Source: an uncultured Mucilaginibacter sp.
Lineage (GTDB): Bacteria; Bacteroidota; Bacteroidia; Sphingobacteriales; Sphingobacteriaceae
DNA length: 64,000 bases
Assembly: GCA_913777515.1 (NCBI GenBank)
Contig: CAJYSL010000266.1
Span: 2,550-66,549, forward strand
Reading direction: 5' to 3'
Below are positions 34,112-42,655 of the stretch, piece after piece. The notes below the pieces were generated by a model. The model searched no databases and was not told where the DNA came from. It saw only the letters and a program-made list of their open reading frames with translations. How positions within the stretch are numbered: position 1 is the first letter of the stretch; the number at the start of each line of letters is the position of its first letter. The position numbers were made by a program, and so were the translations under genes.

Positions 34112-36256
34112 ATGAACATAGAAGACAAAGCCCCATTAACCGGGAATTTCAACCGTCCTGACTTACTGTTAGTCGTAGTTGACCAGTCACAAAGCCCAAC
34201 GCCCGACGGCAACCAAGGGCGAACAATTCAGGCAAGCGAGCTGTTTAATCAGATGGAACAAGGCCGGGAAGCAATACCTTATGAGGTTTTGACATCATTA
34301 ACCTGGAATGTTATTGCTCAACCCCGAGTATATCTTGACCTTACCGCAGACCTTGCACATATCGTCACCAAAGGCGCGGGCGAGGGCTTGTATTTTCAAA
34401 TCCATGTAAGACAGCCACAAAGTGGCGGTAAGAAAATTACCATTGACGGCGTGCCAATCCAGATAAACCGCACGGGTAACACTATGGTTTTAGCCCAATA
34501 TATTGGCGGCGTTTTGGATATACACACCGATGCATCAGCCGAAGCCGGTAAGCCTGTTCTGTTGGATGAAAGCGGTAGCCAGACCGTATTAGAGGGCGAG
34601 TATGCTGAGGTGTGGGCAAAGTTTGCCGGTGCTGATGAATATTACATTGAGCGCAACGGTAAACCAGTATTAGACGCTACTGGAGCCGCTTACTTAGTTA
34701 AGGTGACCGAAGATACCGCCGGGGGCTATGAGGTCATAGGTAAAAACGAGTATGGCGAAACCCGTTCGGCTGCTAAGTTCATAAAACCGGGTGAAGCTGA
34801 GGCCGTGTATGTAAAAACGCAACCCCAGTCCATCACCTTACCGGCTGGTAATGAGTTTGAGTTAACCGCCGAATTTGGAGGCACCCCGCCGCCGAGCGTG
34901 GCTTGCTTTTTGGTTGTCAACGGCGTAAGGACTACCCAGGTAGCAACTGGGAGCAAGTTTAAAGGCGTATCGATTGATACAGCAAAATATCAGTTTGTAG
35001 GCACCAACTCGTTTAAGGTTCCTGTAATCGTTACACCGGCCGTTTTAGGCCCTGACGGTATAACTGTAATCACCCCAGCAGTTACCGAGCTTCAAAAGAA
35101 AGTGTTTACTGCCGAAAGCGATATTGTAACCGTTACGCCTGAAAAGCAAACAGCCACGCCCCCGGTAGTGACCGTGGACGATGTAACAGTGCAAAGCTTT
35201 TTGTATACCCAACTTATAGCGGGCACGACTTTATCTAACTACAAAGGAACGTTAGACGTATCAGTGGACGAGCCGACCTTGGCCGCGCTTACCTTAGTCA
35301 CTGTAAACGGCATCCAAGTAGTTAAACTATTGGTGGGTGACGTTAACTTACCAGTAGGTAAAGCAGGTATAGCTTATACTGAAACGAAAACGCATTACGC
35401 ATCGCCTTTCGCAACCAATAATGAAGCGTTTACAGGCTCTTTAATTGCCGCCCCTACCAATCTGGTGGCTGACGCGAACAAATACCAAATAACCTGGACG
35501 GAATCAGTTGACGCGCTGGATACCCCTACTCAGGAATACAGGATAAACGGCGGCGCGTGGGTTGATACTTCAGAAAGCAAAGCGACATTGACCGAAAATA
35601 TCCCAGCTGGCGGTTTTGAGGCCCGTGAAAAAGCAAGGCTGGGTAAGCCGGCTTCTGCTTCATTAACTAATACAGTTGCAATTAACCTGCCTGCTTATTT
35701 CATCACAGGTACGCTTAAAACATTAAACGATACGGCGCGCGATTATTACCATGACGAAACCACTCCGGATAAAATTAAAGAGAGTGACGAGTTGGGTATT
35801 ATTGTGGTTACGAGCGGCCCGAATCCGGGAGTGTTTAACACTAAAGACGTACAGGAAAATTGGCAGTCAACAGGTAAAAATATTTTTCAGGCAGCCAAAG
35901 GTATTGCCGGGAATGATTCGGGGCCGGGTGCTGGACAAGTTGTTACCGGTATGGCCTATAAGTTAGTGCGCTCGTCGAGCAGTGGTAACGATTTCAGTGG
36001 TAAAAACCTTTGTACCTACGGGCCGGATGGTAATTATTTCTATGACAAACAATCACCTGTAAACTTAACCAAAGCACTTAACGCTTTAGTTAAAGTAGGT
36101 TACTCGCTGTCTGGCCGTAAGCGTGAAGACCTGTACAGATGTACACAGGCTGTAAGTACCTACGGTATCAATGTTATGCAGCTTGAAAGCTATCAAGGCA
36201 GCCCGGCTTTACCTGGCGACCTGTACGGGGCAACCTGGGAAATAGTTAACCCATAA
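34112..36256 (+). CDS. Ig/FN3-domain protein, putative tail fibre or decoration
   Basis: TQPQSITL..G..FELTAEFGGTPPP Ig strand, AGGYEVIGKNEYG, AAPTNL...ITW..EYRINGGAW FN3-like. Confidence 0.7.
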   Translation: MNIEDKAPLTGNFNRPDLLLVVVDQSQSPTPDGNQGRTIQASELFNQMEQGREAIPYEVLTSLTWNVIAQPRVYLDLTADLAHIVTKGAGEGLYFQIHVRQPQSGGKKITIDGVPIQINRTGNTMVLAQYIGGVLDIHTDASAEAGKPVLLDESGSQTVLEGEYAEVWAKFAGADEYYIERNGKPVLDATGAAYLVKVTEDTAGGYEVIGKNEYGETRSAAKFIKPGEAEAVYVKTQPQSITLPAGNEFELTAEFGGTPPPSVACFLVVNGVRTTQVATGSKFKGVSIDTAKYQFVGTNSFKVPVIVTPAVLGPDGITVITPAVTELQKKVFTAESDIVTVTPEKQTATPPVVTVDDVTVQSFLYTQLIAGTTLSNYKGTLDVSVDEPTLAALTLVTVNGIQVVKLLVGDVNLPVGKAGIAYTETKTHYASPFATNNEAFTGSLIAAPTNLVADANKYQITWTESVDALDTPTQEYRINGGAWVDTSESKATLTENIPAGGFEAREKARLGKPASASLTNTVAINLPAYFITGTLKTLNDTARDYYHDETTPDKIKESDELGIIVVTSGPNPGVFNTKDVQENWQSTGKNIFQAAKGIAGNDSGPGAGQVVTGMAYKLVRSSSSGNDFSGKNLCTYGPDGNYFYDKQSPVNLTKALNALVKVGYSLSGRKREDLYRCTQAVSTYGINVMQLESYQGSPALPGDLYGATWEIVNP

Positions 36257-36278
36257 TCTAACCTAAAAAATTAAATAC

Positions 36279-38057
36279 ATGGGTAATAAATTATTCATCC
36301 CTCTTTTAATTCAGGCAACCAATCAACGGATGCCTGGATTAAGCATTAAGACGCAGCCAGTTAATTTTAGCGGGATTGCCGGGCAGCAGCTAACTATCAG
36401 CGTAGGTGCCCCGGTTGCTGTACTATTTAGCTTCTATAAGGTGGTTACCGGCGGCAATGACTTGTTAGTAGGTCAAAACCCTACGGGCGATTATATCGTA
36501 ATGCAATCGGCCTTACAGGATGCCGGGCAATACTATTGCATTGTTGCGGATGCAGCAGGCAAAACTATTAAATCCGACACGGTTACCGTGTTGATTACCA
36601 ACCCCGAATTAAAAATAACCGTACAGCCGCAACCGTTTACCGGCGAGGTGGGCGACAGTTTGCAGATAAAAGTAGTTGCGCCTAACGGTACGCTGTTTAA
36701 GTTCTACAAGGGCAGCCAGCTCATAGGCCAAAATACAACTGGCATTTACGAGGTGCAGGCAGCGGCGTTAACTGACAGCGGCGATTATTATTGCATCGTA
36801 TCTGATGACTATGACCAAACTTTAAAATCTAATACCGTAACTGTTGCAATCAGTCAGCCGGACACCGGCGGCGGCGATAATGGTGGAGGTGAAGAGCCGG
36901 AAAGCCCCGAGACTGCAGCAACCTTTATTACCGGTAAGCTTAGAACCGTAGAGGGTCAAAATGGGGTATACTATGACCAGAACGACCCCGCCAAGTTTAC
37001 CAACGCCAATAAGAACGAGGCTATAGTAATTACCAATTCGCCGAAAGACGGTGTTTACATCATGGCAGGCAACGTGCAGCAGAATTGGCAGGGTTCAGGT
37101 AAGAACATAACTACCTTACGTCAAAACTTAGATAACGAATACGGCGGCCCGAGCGACTTGCAGCAGGCTACCGACATGGTTTATAAGCTGTCACATTCAC
37201 CAAGCAGCGGTGAAGATACGAAAGGCGATAACTTAACCTGGTACGGTGGCGATACGTATGTTTTTGACCCAAATTCACCAGCAAACATTGTAAAAGCGGA
37301 AGGTGCGCTGTTGAAGCTGTACCATTCATTATCCGGCCGTACTACCGTTGATACTGTTTATTGTTCTGAGGCTAAAGTAAACTATGGCGTGAACGTTATG
37401 CAGCTTGTCGGTGATGTTCAGGTGCCCGGCCTTTACGGTTGTAAGTGGGCGTTGACCGACTTGATGCCACATGATGCACCGGCGGTTAATACGGCTTTTA
37501 CGGGCAGCGTATCAGTCATGATTATTGGTGATAGTAATTCTGCCTTTGCGGGTGATACCTTGTTTAAAATCTTGAAAGCAGCGTTACCAAATGCTACTAT
37601 CAGAGTTGAAAACAGAGCGGTGGGCGGTTCAGGAGTAAATACCTGGGCACCTAATACAGATTTGTTAAATGCCGCTATTGCTTCCGCACAAACCAATGGT
37701 TATGATATTATTAACCTCAACTTGGGTACCAATAACGTTGAACTTGACCCGATAACCCCGGCGGTTTATAAAACCAAAATGCAGGCTATCATTGACGAGT
37801 TGCGCAGTAAGCTGACCTTAAAAGGGTTGGTAGTTCAGGGTGTATTTTCACCAATAAACAATAACCTGGTTGCCCAATTTAATGCGCAGATACCAACGTT
37901 AAGCAATATTACAGTGGGTACTTTCAGGCCTATAGAATTACTTGCCCAATATCCGCAACACATGAAGCCGGATAACCTACACTTCTATAAGCCAGGCTAT
38001 ACGCTTGTCAATGAGCAGTGGGCTAAAACAATCATCCCTATAGCTATAGCCGGGTAA
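36279..38057 (+). CDS. Two Ig domains, an unknown domain and an SGNH/GDSL hydrolase
   Basis: DAGQYYCIV and DSGDYYCIV Ig motifs; SGNH blocks IIGDS, AVGG, LGTNN, DNLH. Confidence 0.82.
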   Translation: MGNKLFIPLLIQATNQRMPGLSIKTQPVNFSGIAGQQLTISVGAPVAVLFSFYKVVTGGNDLLVGQNPTGDYIVMQSALQDAGQYYCIVADAAGKTIKSDTVTVLITNPELKITVQPQPFTGEVGDSLQIKVVAPNGTLFKFYKGSQLIGQNTTGIYEVQAAALTDSGDYYCIVSDDYDQTLKSNTVTVAISQPDTGGGDNGGGEEPESPETAATFITGKLRTVEGQNGVYYDQNDPAKFTNANKNEAIVITNSPKDGVYIMAGNVQQNWQGSGKNITTLRQNLDNEYGGPSDLQQATDMVYKLSHSPSSGEDTKGDNLTWYGGDTYVFDPNSPANIVKAEGALLKLYHSLSGRTTVDTVYCSEAKVNYGVNVMQLVGDVQVPGLYGCKWALTDLMPHDAPAVNTAFTGSVSVMIIGDSNSAFAGDTLFKILKAALPNATIRVENRAVGGSGVNTWAPNTDLLNAAIASAQTNGYDIINLNLGTNNVELDPITPAVYKTKMQAIIDELRSKLTLKGLVVQGVFSPINNNLVAQFNAQIPTLSNITVGTFRPIELLAQYPQHMKPDNLHFYKPGYTLVNEQWAKTIIPIAIAG

Positions 38058-38062
38058 AAGTT

Positions 38063-38173
38063 ATGAAAGCAAGCATTAAAAGGTTTATCAAAGCCAAATA
38101 TATAGCGTTGCTAATCGCAATGCGCAATGACGGCCCGAGAACCTATGAAGAGTGGGAGCAAAATATATGGTAG
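38063..38173 (+). CDS. 36-aa ORF
   Basis: MKASIKRFIKAKYIALLIAMRNDGPRTYEEWEQNIW fills the gap between the SGNH gene and the terminator. Confidence 0.35.
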   Translation: MKASIKRFIKAKYIALLIAMRNDGPRTYEEWEQNIW

Positions 38174-38179
38174 TCATAC

Positions 38180-38205
38180 AGCCCGGCATTTAGCCGGGCT
38201 TTTTT
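38180..38205 (+). terminator. Intrinsic terminator ending the late operon
   Basis: AGCCCGGC-ATTTA-GCCGGGCT followed by a T run, between convergent genes. Confidence 0.85.
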
Positions 38206-38206
38206 A

Positions 38207-38761
38207 TTAAAAAGTGTCCCCTAAACTGGCATCAATGCTTTTTTTAAGACTCGTGCCTAAGTACTTGCCCAAAGAATTGATCAAATTGTATAAAGCGTTT
38301 ATTCTTCCTTCTGCTACTCTTTGTGATTCTAAGGGCTCCTTTTTATATTGGTCGTGAAGGTAGTTGCTATAGGCAGGTGACATCTCATTCTCATAAGTGC
38401 CATTGTTGTAAATAAAGTTGTAAATGCGGTAACGATATCTGCCATCCTTAGCATCTATTGAGATACTGTAGTTTAATTTGGTTCCAGCGATTCGAGCAGT
38501 CGGGGCAGTAATGACTTGGGTGCCTTTACCTATTAATTTGAATTGCCCTGGGTCATTTACTTGCAATACTGATTTGGCATTTTTAAAAGTGTTGGTAAAC
38601 CAAGTTTGAGCAGCTGAAAATATCTTATCTGCTTTTACTGAACTGTCCTTTAAAACTACAATCTCTTCAAACACAATAACACTATCTTTTAAAGGTAACT
38701 GTACTTTTTGAGCAAAGCCGAACAGTGGAGTTAGAAGTAAAAGAGCTAATAAGGTTTTCAT
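38207..38761 (-). CDS. Secreted DUF4468-like protein (moron)
   Basis: Signal peptide MKTLLALLLLTPLFGFAQ; WF..TFKNAKSVLQ..D...LIGKG; IDAKDGRYRY. Confidence 0.75.
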   Translation of the reverse strand: MKTLLALLLLTPLFGFAQKVQLPLKDSVIVFEEIVVLKDSSVKADKIFSAAQTWFTNTFKNAKSVLQVNDPGQFKLIGKGTQVITAPTARIAGTKLNYSISIDAKDGRYRYRIYNFIYNNGTYENEMSPAYSNYLHDQYKKEPLESQRVAEGRINALYNLINSLGKYLGTSLKKSIDASLGDTF

Positions 38762-38815
38762 TTTTCTAAGTAAGGTACAAAATATGCTATAAATTTAAGA
38801 ACGTTGTTTGAAAAC

Positions 38816-39352
38816 ATGGAAAAATTTAAACCCAAATCTCGAGATTTATTAACAGCGCTCACTGTGGAATATCGATGGCTAAATCTACTTTACGATAAAA
38901 ACAAGCCTTATGAAAGTCTATTGGCATACATTCAAAAGATCGCCGAGCAGGAAGCCTCTGGCATTGCAATAGAAAGAGAAGACTTCAAATTGAAAAACAT
39001 AGCGTCTGCTGTTGGTGTATCACTGAGTAAAGTTGCGGACTGGCTTGTCATAATTCATCGAGATATAGTCGAGCTTAATGAAACCAATCCGCTCGTGTTT
39101 AAAGGTCAAGGGCATCGATTTATTCTGCAAATCAATAGTAAGACTAATTGCTACCCTAGAGAATTCGTAATTTGGGGGACACATACCATTACACAAGGCG
39201 ATTCTTTTTATTGGGGCTTCATTGTCCAGGATATAGCAACTGGATTTGTTGTTTACGATGTTGAACATATTTTTTCAGGCGGTGAGCAACATACATATAT
39301 TAAATTATGCAAGCGTTTCGAAGTACCTCAATTGAAAGAAGCCATTTATTAA
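38816..39352 (+). CDS. Hypothetical protein with HTH-like segment (ATG 38816 preferred)
   Basis: LKNIASAVGVSLSKVADWL. Confidence 0.6.
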   Translation: MEKFKPKSRDLLTALTVEYRWLNLLYDKNKPYESLLAYIQKIAEQEASGIAIEREDFKLKNIASAVGVSLSKVADWLVIIHRDIVELNETNPLVFKGQGHRFILQINSKTNCYPREFVIWGTHTITQGDSFYWGFIVQDIATGFVVYDVEHIFSGGEQHTYIKLCKRFEVPQLKEAIY

Positions 39353-39356
39353 AACC

Positions 39357-40616
39357 TTAAAAAGTTAAATCTTCTGGTGCGTAAACATTCACTAATGTAA
39401 TATCGTAGTCCCTTTTATAATCCTCTGTTGATTTACGGTCTATGTGCCGGGCCATGTGGGAAATCAGATAACCGTCGGTACCCTTCATCATTTCGTGTAC
39501 AATGCGCGTATGCTTAAAACCGTAGATAGTGTAATCCATACTTAATTCAATACGGTCTTTGATGACCTTAAAGCGCTTACTAAAAAAGTTATGGCTGCAC
39601 ATCTTATCGCCGGGGGTTCCGTCTTTGCTGCCAAAAACAAAGTAATGTGCAGGGTACTCAGATAGTTTCATTTCGTCAACCACTTGTTGAAATTCGGCGA
39701 CGTAATCGCGGTACTCTTCATTATTGTTTTTAGCCAGTTCAGCCGTAAAGCGAACGCGCTTCAACCGTTGGTCTATATCCCCTACCTTGAGCATCCGCAA
39801 TTCTTTCTTACTGCGTATCATTAGCCAGTAGGTAAACTGCATTGCCCGGTAAACTTTATCATCACCGGCAGCCAGTACCGCTTGCTTTACTTTCTCCTTA
39901 ATATCGCGGTCGTACCAGGTGTGTTTTGTTTTATGAGTCGGCAGCTTGATAAACTTACCCTTTGACGGATTCTTAACAATGTACTCTTCCGACTCAAGCC
40001 AGTTAAAAAGCGAGGTTAGAAAATCATACCCTTTGTTAATCGTGGTTGCCGACCACTCACGTTCTTCTGCGATGTAGTCCATGGCTGAGGTAACATGAAT
40101 GTGCTTCAGCTCCCCGACTTTAATATCTGCATAATCGTTAGCCTGGAGACCTTCATAAAACCAATCAACCAATCCCTGGTAAGCATCCAGTGAGGCTTTG
40201 GCCAACTTACGGGCGTGCCTGCTTTTGATAAAGTTCTCGAGCGCGTCTTTAATTGGCATAAGCTTACGACGCTCTTCCGGACTAAGACTTTTAGTCGCCT
40301 TTGCCTTTTCAGCTTTCGCCTCAATCTTCGCAACGGACACTTGCTTGCGCTCGGTGGCCTCGTCTAACGATGCAAGAAGTTCTTCAAAGGGATTATAATT
40401 TAGCTTGCTAAGCGCAAATGCCCACACTGCACGTCTCTCTTCCGCGTAATCTTCTCTTTCTTGTCCTGAATAGCGATTAATATCGTCGTACTTTTTAATG
40501 CGTACTCGTTTACGCGGATAGTAATCCCAAAGCAGCATTGGTACATCATGATTCCAGTAAATAAAATACTTGTTTGGATTGTCCCTGTTTATTTCGGGCT
40601 CAGATGGTGGCCTCAT
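39357..40616 (-). CDS. Tyrosine integrase (ATG 40616 preferred; the track start lies inside the tRNA)
   Basis: MIRSKKELRMLKVGDI, AKN, YGFKHT, ARH....TEDY; adjacent to att. Confidence 0.92.
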   Translation of the reverse strand: MRPPSEPEINRDNPNKYFIYWNHDVPMLLWDYYPRKRVRIKKYDDINRYSGQEREDYAEERRAVWAFALSKLNYNPFEELLASLDEATERKQVSVAKIEAKAEKAKATKSLSPEERRKLMPIKDALENFIKSRHARKLAKASLDAYQGLVDWFYEGLQANDYADIKVGELKHIHVTSAMDYIAEEREWSATTINKGYDFLTSLFNWLESEEYIVKNPSKGKFIKLPTHKTKHTWYDRDIKEKVKQAVLAAGDDKVYRAMQFTYWLMIRSKKELRMLKVGDIDQRLKRVRFTAELAKNNNEEYRDYVAEFQQVVDEMKLSEYPAHYFVFGSKDGTPGDKMCSHNFFSKRFKVIKDRIELSMDYTIYGFKHTRIVHEMMKGTDGYLISHMARHIDRKSTEDYKRDYDITLVNVYAPEDLTF

Positions 40617-40640
40617 CTTCCTGGCAGCTTTAAGTAAAAG

Positions 40641-40662
40641 TGTGTCCCCGTTGTGTCCCTTT
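40641..40662. repeat. Putative integrase arm-type sites, right
   Basis: TGTGTCCCCGT TGTGTCCCTTT, 11-bp period. Confidence 0.7.
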
Positions 40663-40665
40663 TGC

Positions 40666-40692
40666 AAAAAAGGGGCCTTTGGGGCCCCTTTT
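40666..40692 (-). terminator. Phage-supplied terminator for tRNA-Leu
   Basis: AAAAAAGGGGCC...GGCCCCTTTT hairpin directly 3' of the tRNA. Confidence 0.78.
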
Positions 40693-40717
40693 GACATTTG
40701 TGCGGAAGAAGGGACTC
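40689..40717. repeat. Prophage att core, right copy
   Basis: Identical to 3461-3489; overlaps the tRNA-Leu 3' end. Confidence 0.95.
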
Positions 40718-40782
40718 GAACCCCCACGCCTCGCGGCGCCAGATCCTAAGTCTGGTGCGGCTACCAATTACGCCACTTCCGC
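40701..40782 (-). tRNA. tRNA-Leu(TAG), host
   Basis: GCGGAAG...CCAGA-CTTAGGA-TCTGG, long variable arm, GGGGG-TTCGAGT-CCCTT, A73. Confidence 0.96.
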
Positions 40783-40891
40783 ATTAGGATTTTGAGTGGG
40801 CAAATATAGTGTTATCTGCTTTATTTTAAAACTAAAATATTGATTTGACCGGAACTCCCTGTATTTAAATCGATTAAAATGCAAACGCTGC

Positions 40892-42289
40892 TTAAAATGC
40901 GTTTTTATCTCCTTTAAACGTACCGTAAAAAGTCAGGAATATAATTTTCAGGTCGAGTAAAAACGACCAGTTTTCCAGGTACCATACGTCGGCCTCTACC
41001 CTTTGCAGCATATCCTCAGTAGTTTTAGTTTCGCCGCGCAAACCGTTTACCTGAGCCCAACCGGTGATTCCCGGCTTTAAAAAGTGGCGCACCATAAACT
41101 GGTCAATCAGCTTAGAATACTCTTCGGTATGCTTTAACATGTGCGGGCGCGGACCTACAATAGTCATGTTGCCTAAAATTACGTTAAAAAACTGCGGTAA
41201 CTCATCCAGGTTAGTCCGGCGTAAAAAGGCACCAACCTTGGTTTTACGCACATCATCCTTGGTAGCCTGCTTACTATCGGAATCGCTGTTAACTCGCATA
41301 CTACGGAACTTGTAGCATTTGAAAGGTTCATTATCGCGGCCAGACCGTGTTTGTACGAAAAATATGGGTCCCGGAGAGCTGGTTTTAATCAGGATAGCCA
41401 GTATCGGGAATAACCAGCTAAATACAAACAGGATAACAAACAGAGAAAACCCAATATCGAACACCCGTTTGATAAACCGGTTTAGCATATTCTCCAAAGG
41501 CTCAGGCCTGATAGAAATTACCGGTATGTGGCCAAAGTTTTGAACAAACGTAGGCTTGTGGGTATAATAAAACTCCGGAATCAGCTTAAAGCGAATCAAG
41601 TTTTTATCGGCATCCAACATCAGGCGCTCTATTTTCTCGGCTTCGGTATTAGGCAGCGTACAAAAAATCTCGTCGATGCGGTTTTCTTTAACGTAGGAGA
41701 TACACTGGTTAACACCACCCAAGTATAGGCTTTGCTCAACGCCCGCAGAGGTATCGTCAAATATGCCCTTAATCAGGTATCCCCTTTCCGGGTTTTGCGT
41801 GACAAAGTTATACAGGTCTTTGCCTATGCGACCGCCGCCCACAATAACTGCCTGCCTAAAATCGGTAAGCAAAGCCCGGTCGCTGCGGCGAATGGCCAAA
41901 AATATCAGCTTCCAGGTTCCTAATAAAAAGCCGAACAACGCCAGTGCATAAAACAAGTACTGGCGGGTGATAAAATAGGCTTTAGTACCTATAATGATTA
42001 ATACGGTAAAACAAATTAAGCTTACAAAAAGCAGGTATGTTTTAAAAACACCCCGGTAAGTTTTAATCGAATCCTTGTTCAATACGTGCTCGTACAAACG
42101 GGTTACATTGGCCGACAACAGCCAGATGAGATTAAAAACCAAAACGATGGGTAGATAATTTTTGTTGGCAATCCATGCAATGTATGACTTATCTACGATG
42201 AGATAAGCTATAATCATGCTCACGTTCAAAATTATATAATCAGCCGAAAGGTTAATTGCTTTTATGAAGGTAGCATATCTGTGACTCAT
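40892..42289 (-). CDS. Undecaprenyl-phosphate glucose phosphotransferase (WcaJ-like)
   Basis: KRVFDI, YKFRSM, FLRRTNLDELPQ, VGPRPHM, KPGITGWAQVNGLRGE. Confidence 0.93.
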   Translation of the reverse strand: MSHRYATFIKAINLSADYIILNVSMIIAYLIVDKSYIAWIANKNYLPIVLVFNLIWLLSANVTRLYEHVLNKDSIKTYRGVFKTYLLFVSLICFTVLIIIGTKAYFITRQYLFYALALFGFLLGTWKLIFLAIRRSDRALLTDFRQAVIVGGGRIGKDLYNFVTQNPERGYLIKGIFDDTSAGVEQSLYLGGVNQCISYVKENRIDEIFCTLPNTEAEKIERLMLDADKNLIRFKLIPEFYYTHKPTFVQNFGHIPVISIRPEPLENMLNRFIKRVFDIGFSLFVILFVFSWLFPILAILIKTSSPGPIFFVQTRSGRDNEPFKCYKFRSMRVNSDSDSKQATKDDVRKTKVGAFLRRTNLDELPQFFNVILGNMTIVGPRPHMLKHTEEYSKLIDQFMVRHFLKPGITGWAQVNGLRGETKTTEDMLQRVEADVWYLENWSFLLDLKIIFLTFYGTFKGDKNAF

Positions 42290-42655
42290 ATCAAACTTAT
42301 GTGCAAAGCCAGCTTAGGCTGGTAAAGTGGTGTGCTAAATTAGTAGTTATATTTGGATTTTAATATTAAAAAATAACATCGCTGTTTACACTTTTTTAAC
42401 TATCAGAAATATTTTACAACCTTAATTAATAATATGAAAAATTTAGCGCAGTAAAAATAAAATCTTATTATTTATAATTAAAATAATTTTATAGGCATTT
42501 TACGATTAAAACTCATGTAAAGTTGTGCTTATTTAACCTTGCTCAATGGTTAAAACTGCCGCCGTAAAACATGTTGCAGTCAGCTTTGTTATCTGTTCAC
42601 TCGTCATCAACAAGATTCAATCGGCTTTGTATATCTTTGGCCGTTCAACTTACCT

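Larger units (their letters stand above)
3461..40717. mobile_element. Temperate siphovirus-type prophage (~37.2 kb) integrated at tRNA-Leu(TAG)
   Basis: 29-bp att repeats, integrase, repressors, replication, terminase, portal, protease, capsid, tail, tape measure and endolysin genes in canonical order with no obvious disruptions. Confidence 0.96.

Noticed and set aside
35696-37460. Diversity-generating retroelement template and variable repeat pair
   Set aside because: Copies are diverged at protein level, differences are not adenine-specific, and no reverse transcriptase is present
38211-38222. Extra GTGTCCC match to the arm-site motif
   Set aside because: Single, partial and inside a coding region 2.4 kb from att
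40617-40727. N-terminal extension of the integrase in the ORF track (MGVRVPSSAQM...)
   Set aside because: It overlaps tRNA-Leu, its terminator and the arm repeats; ATG 40616 is the plausible start
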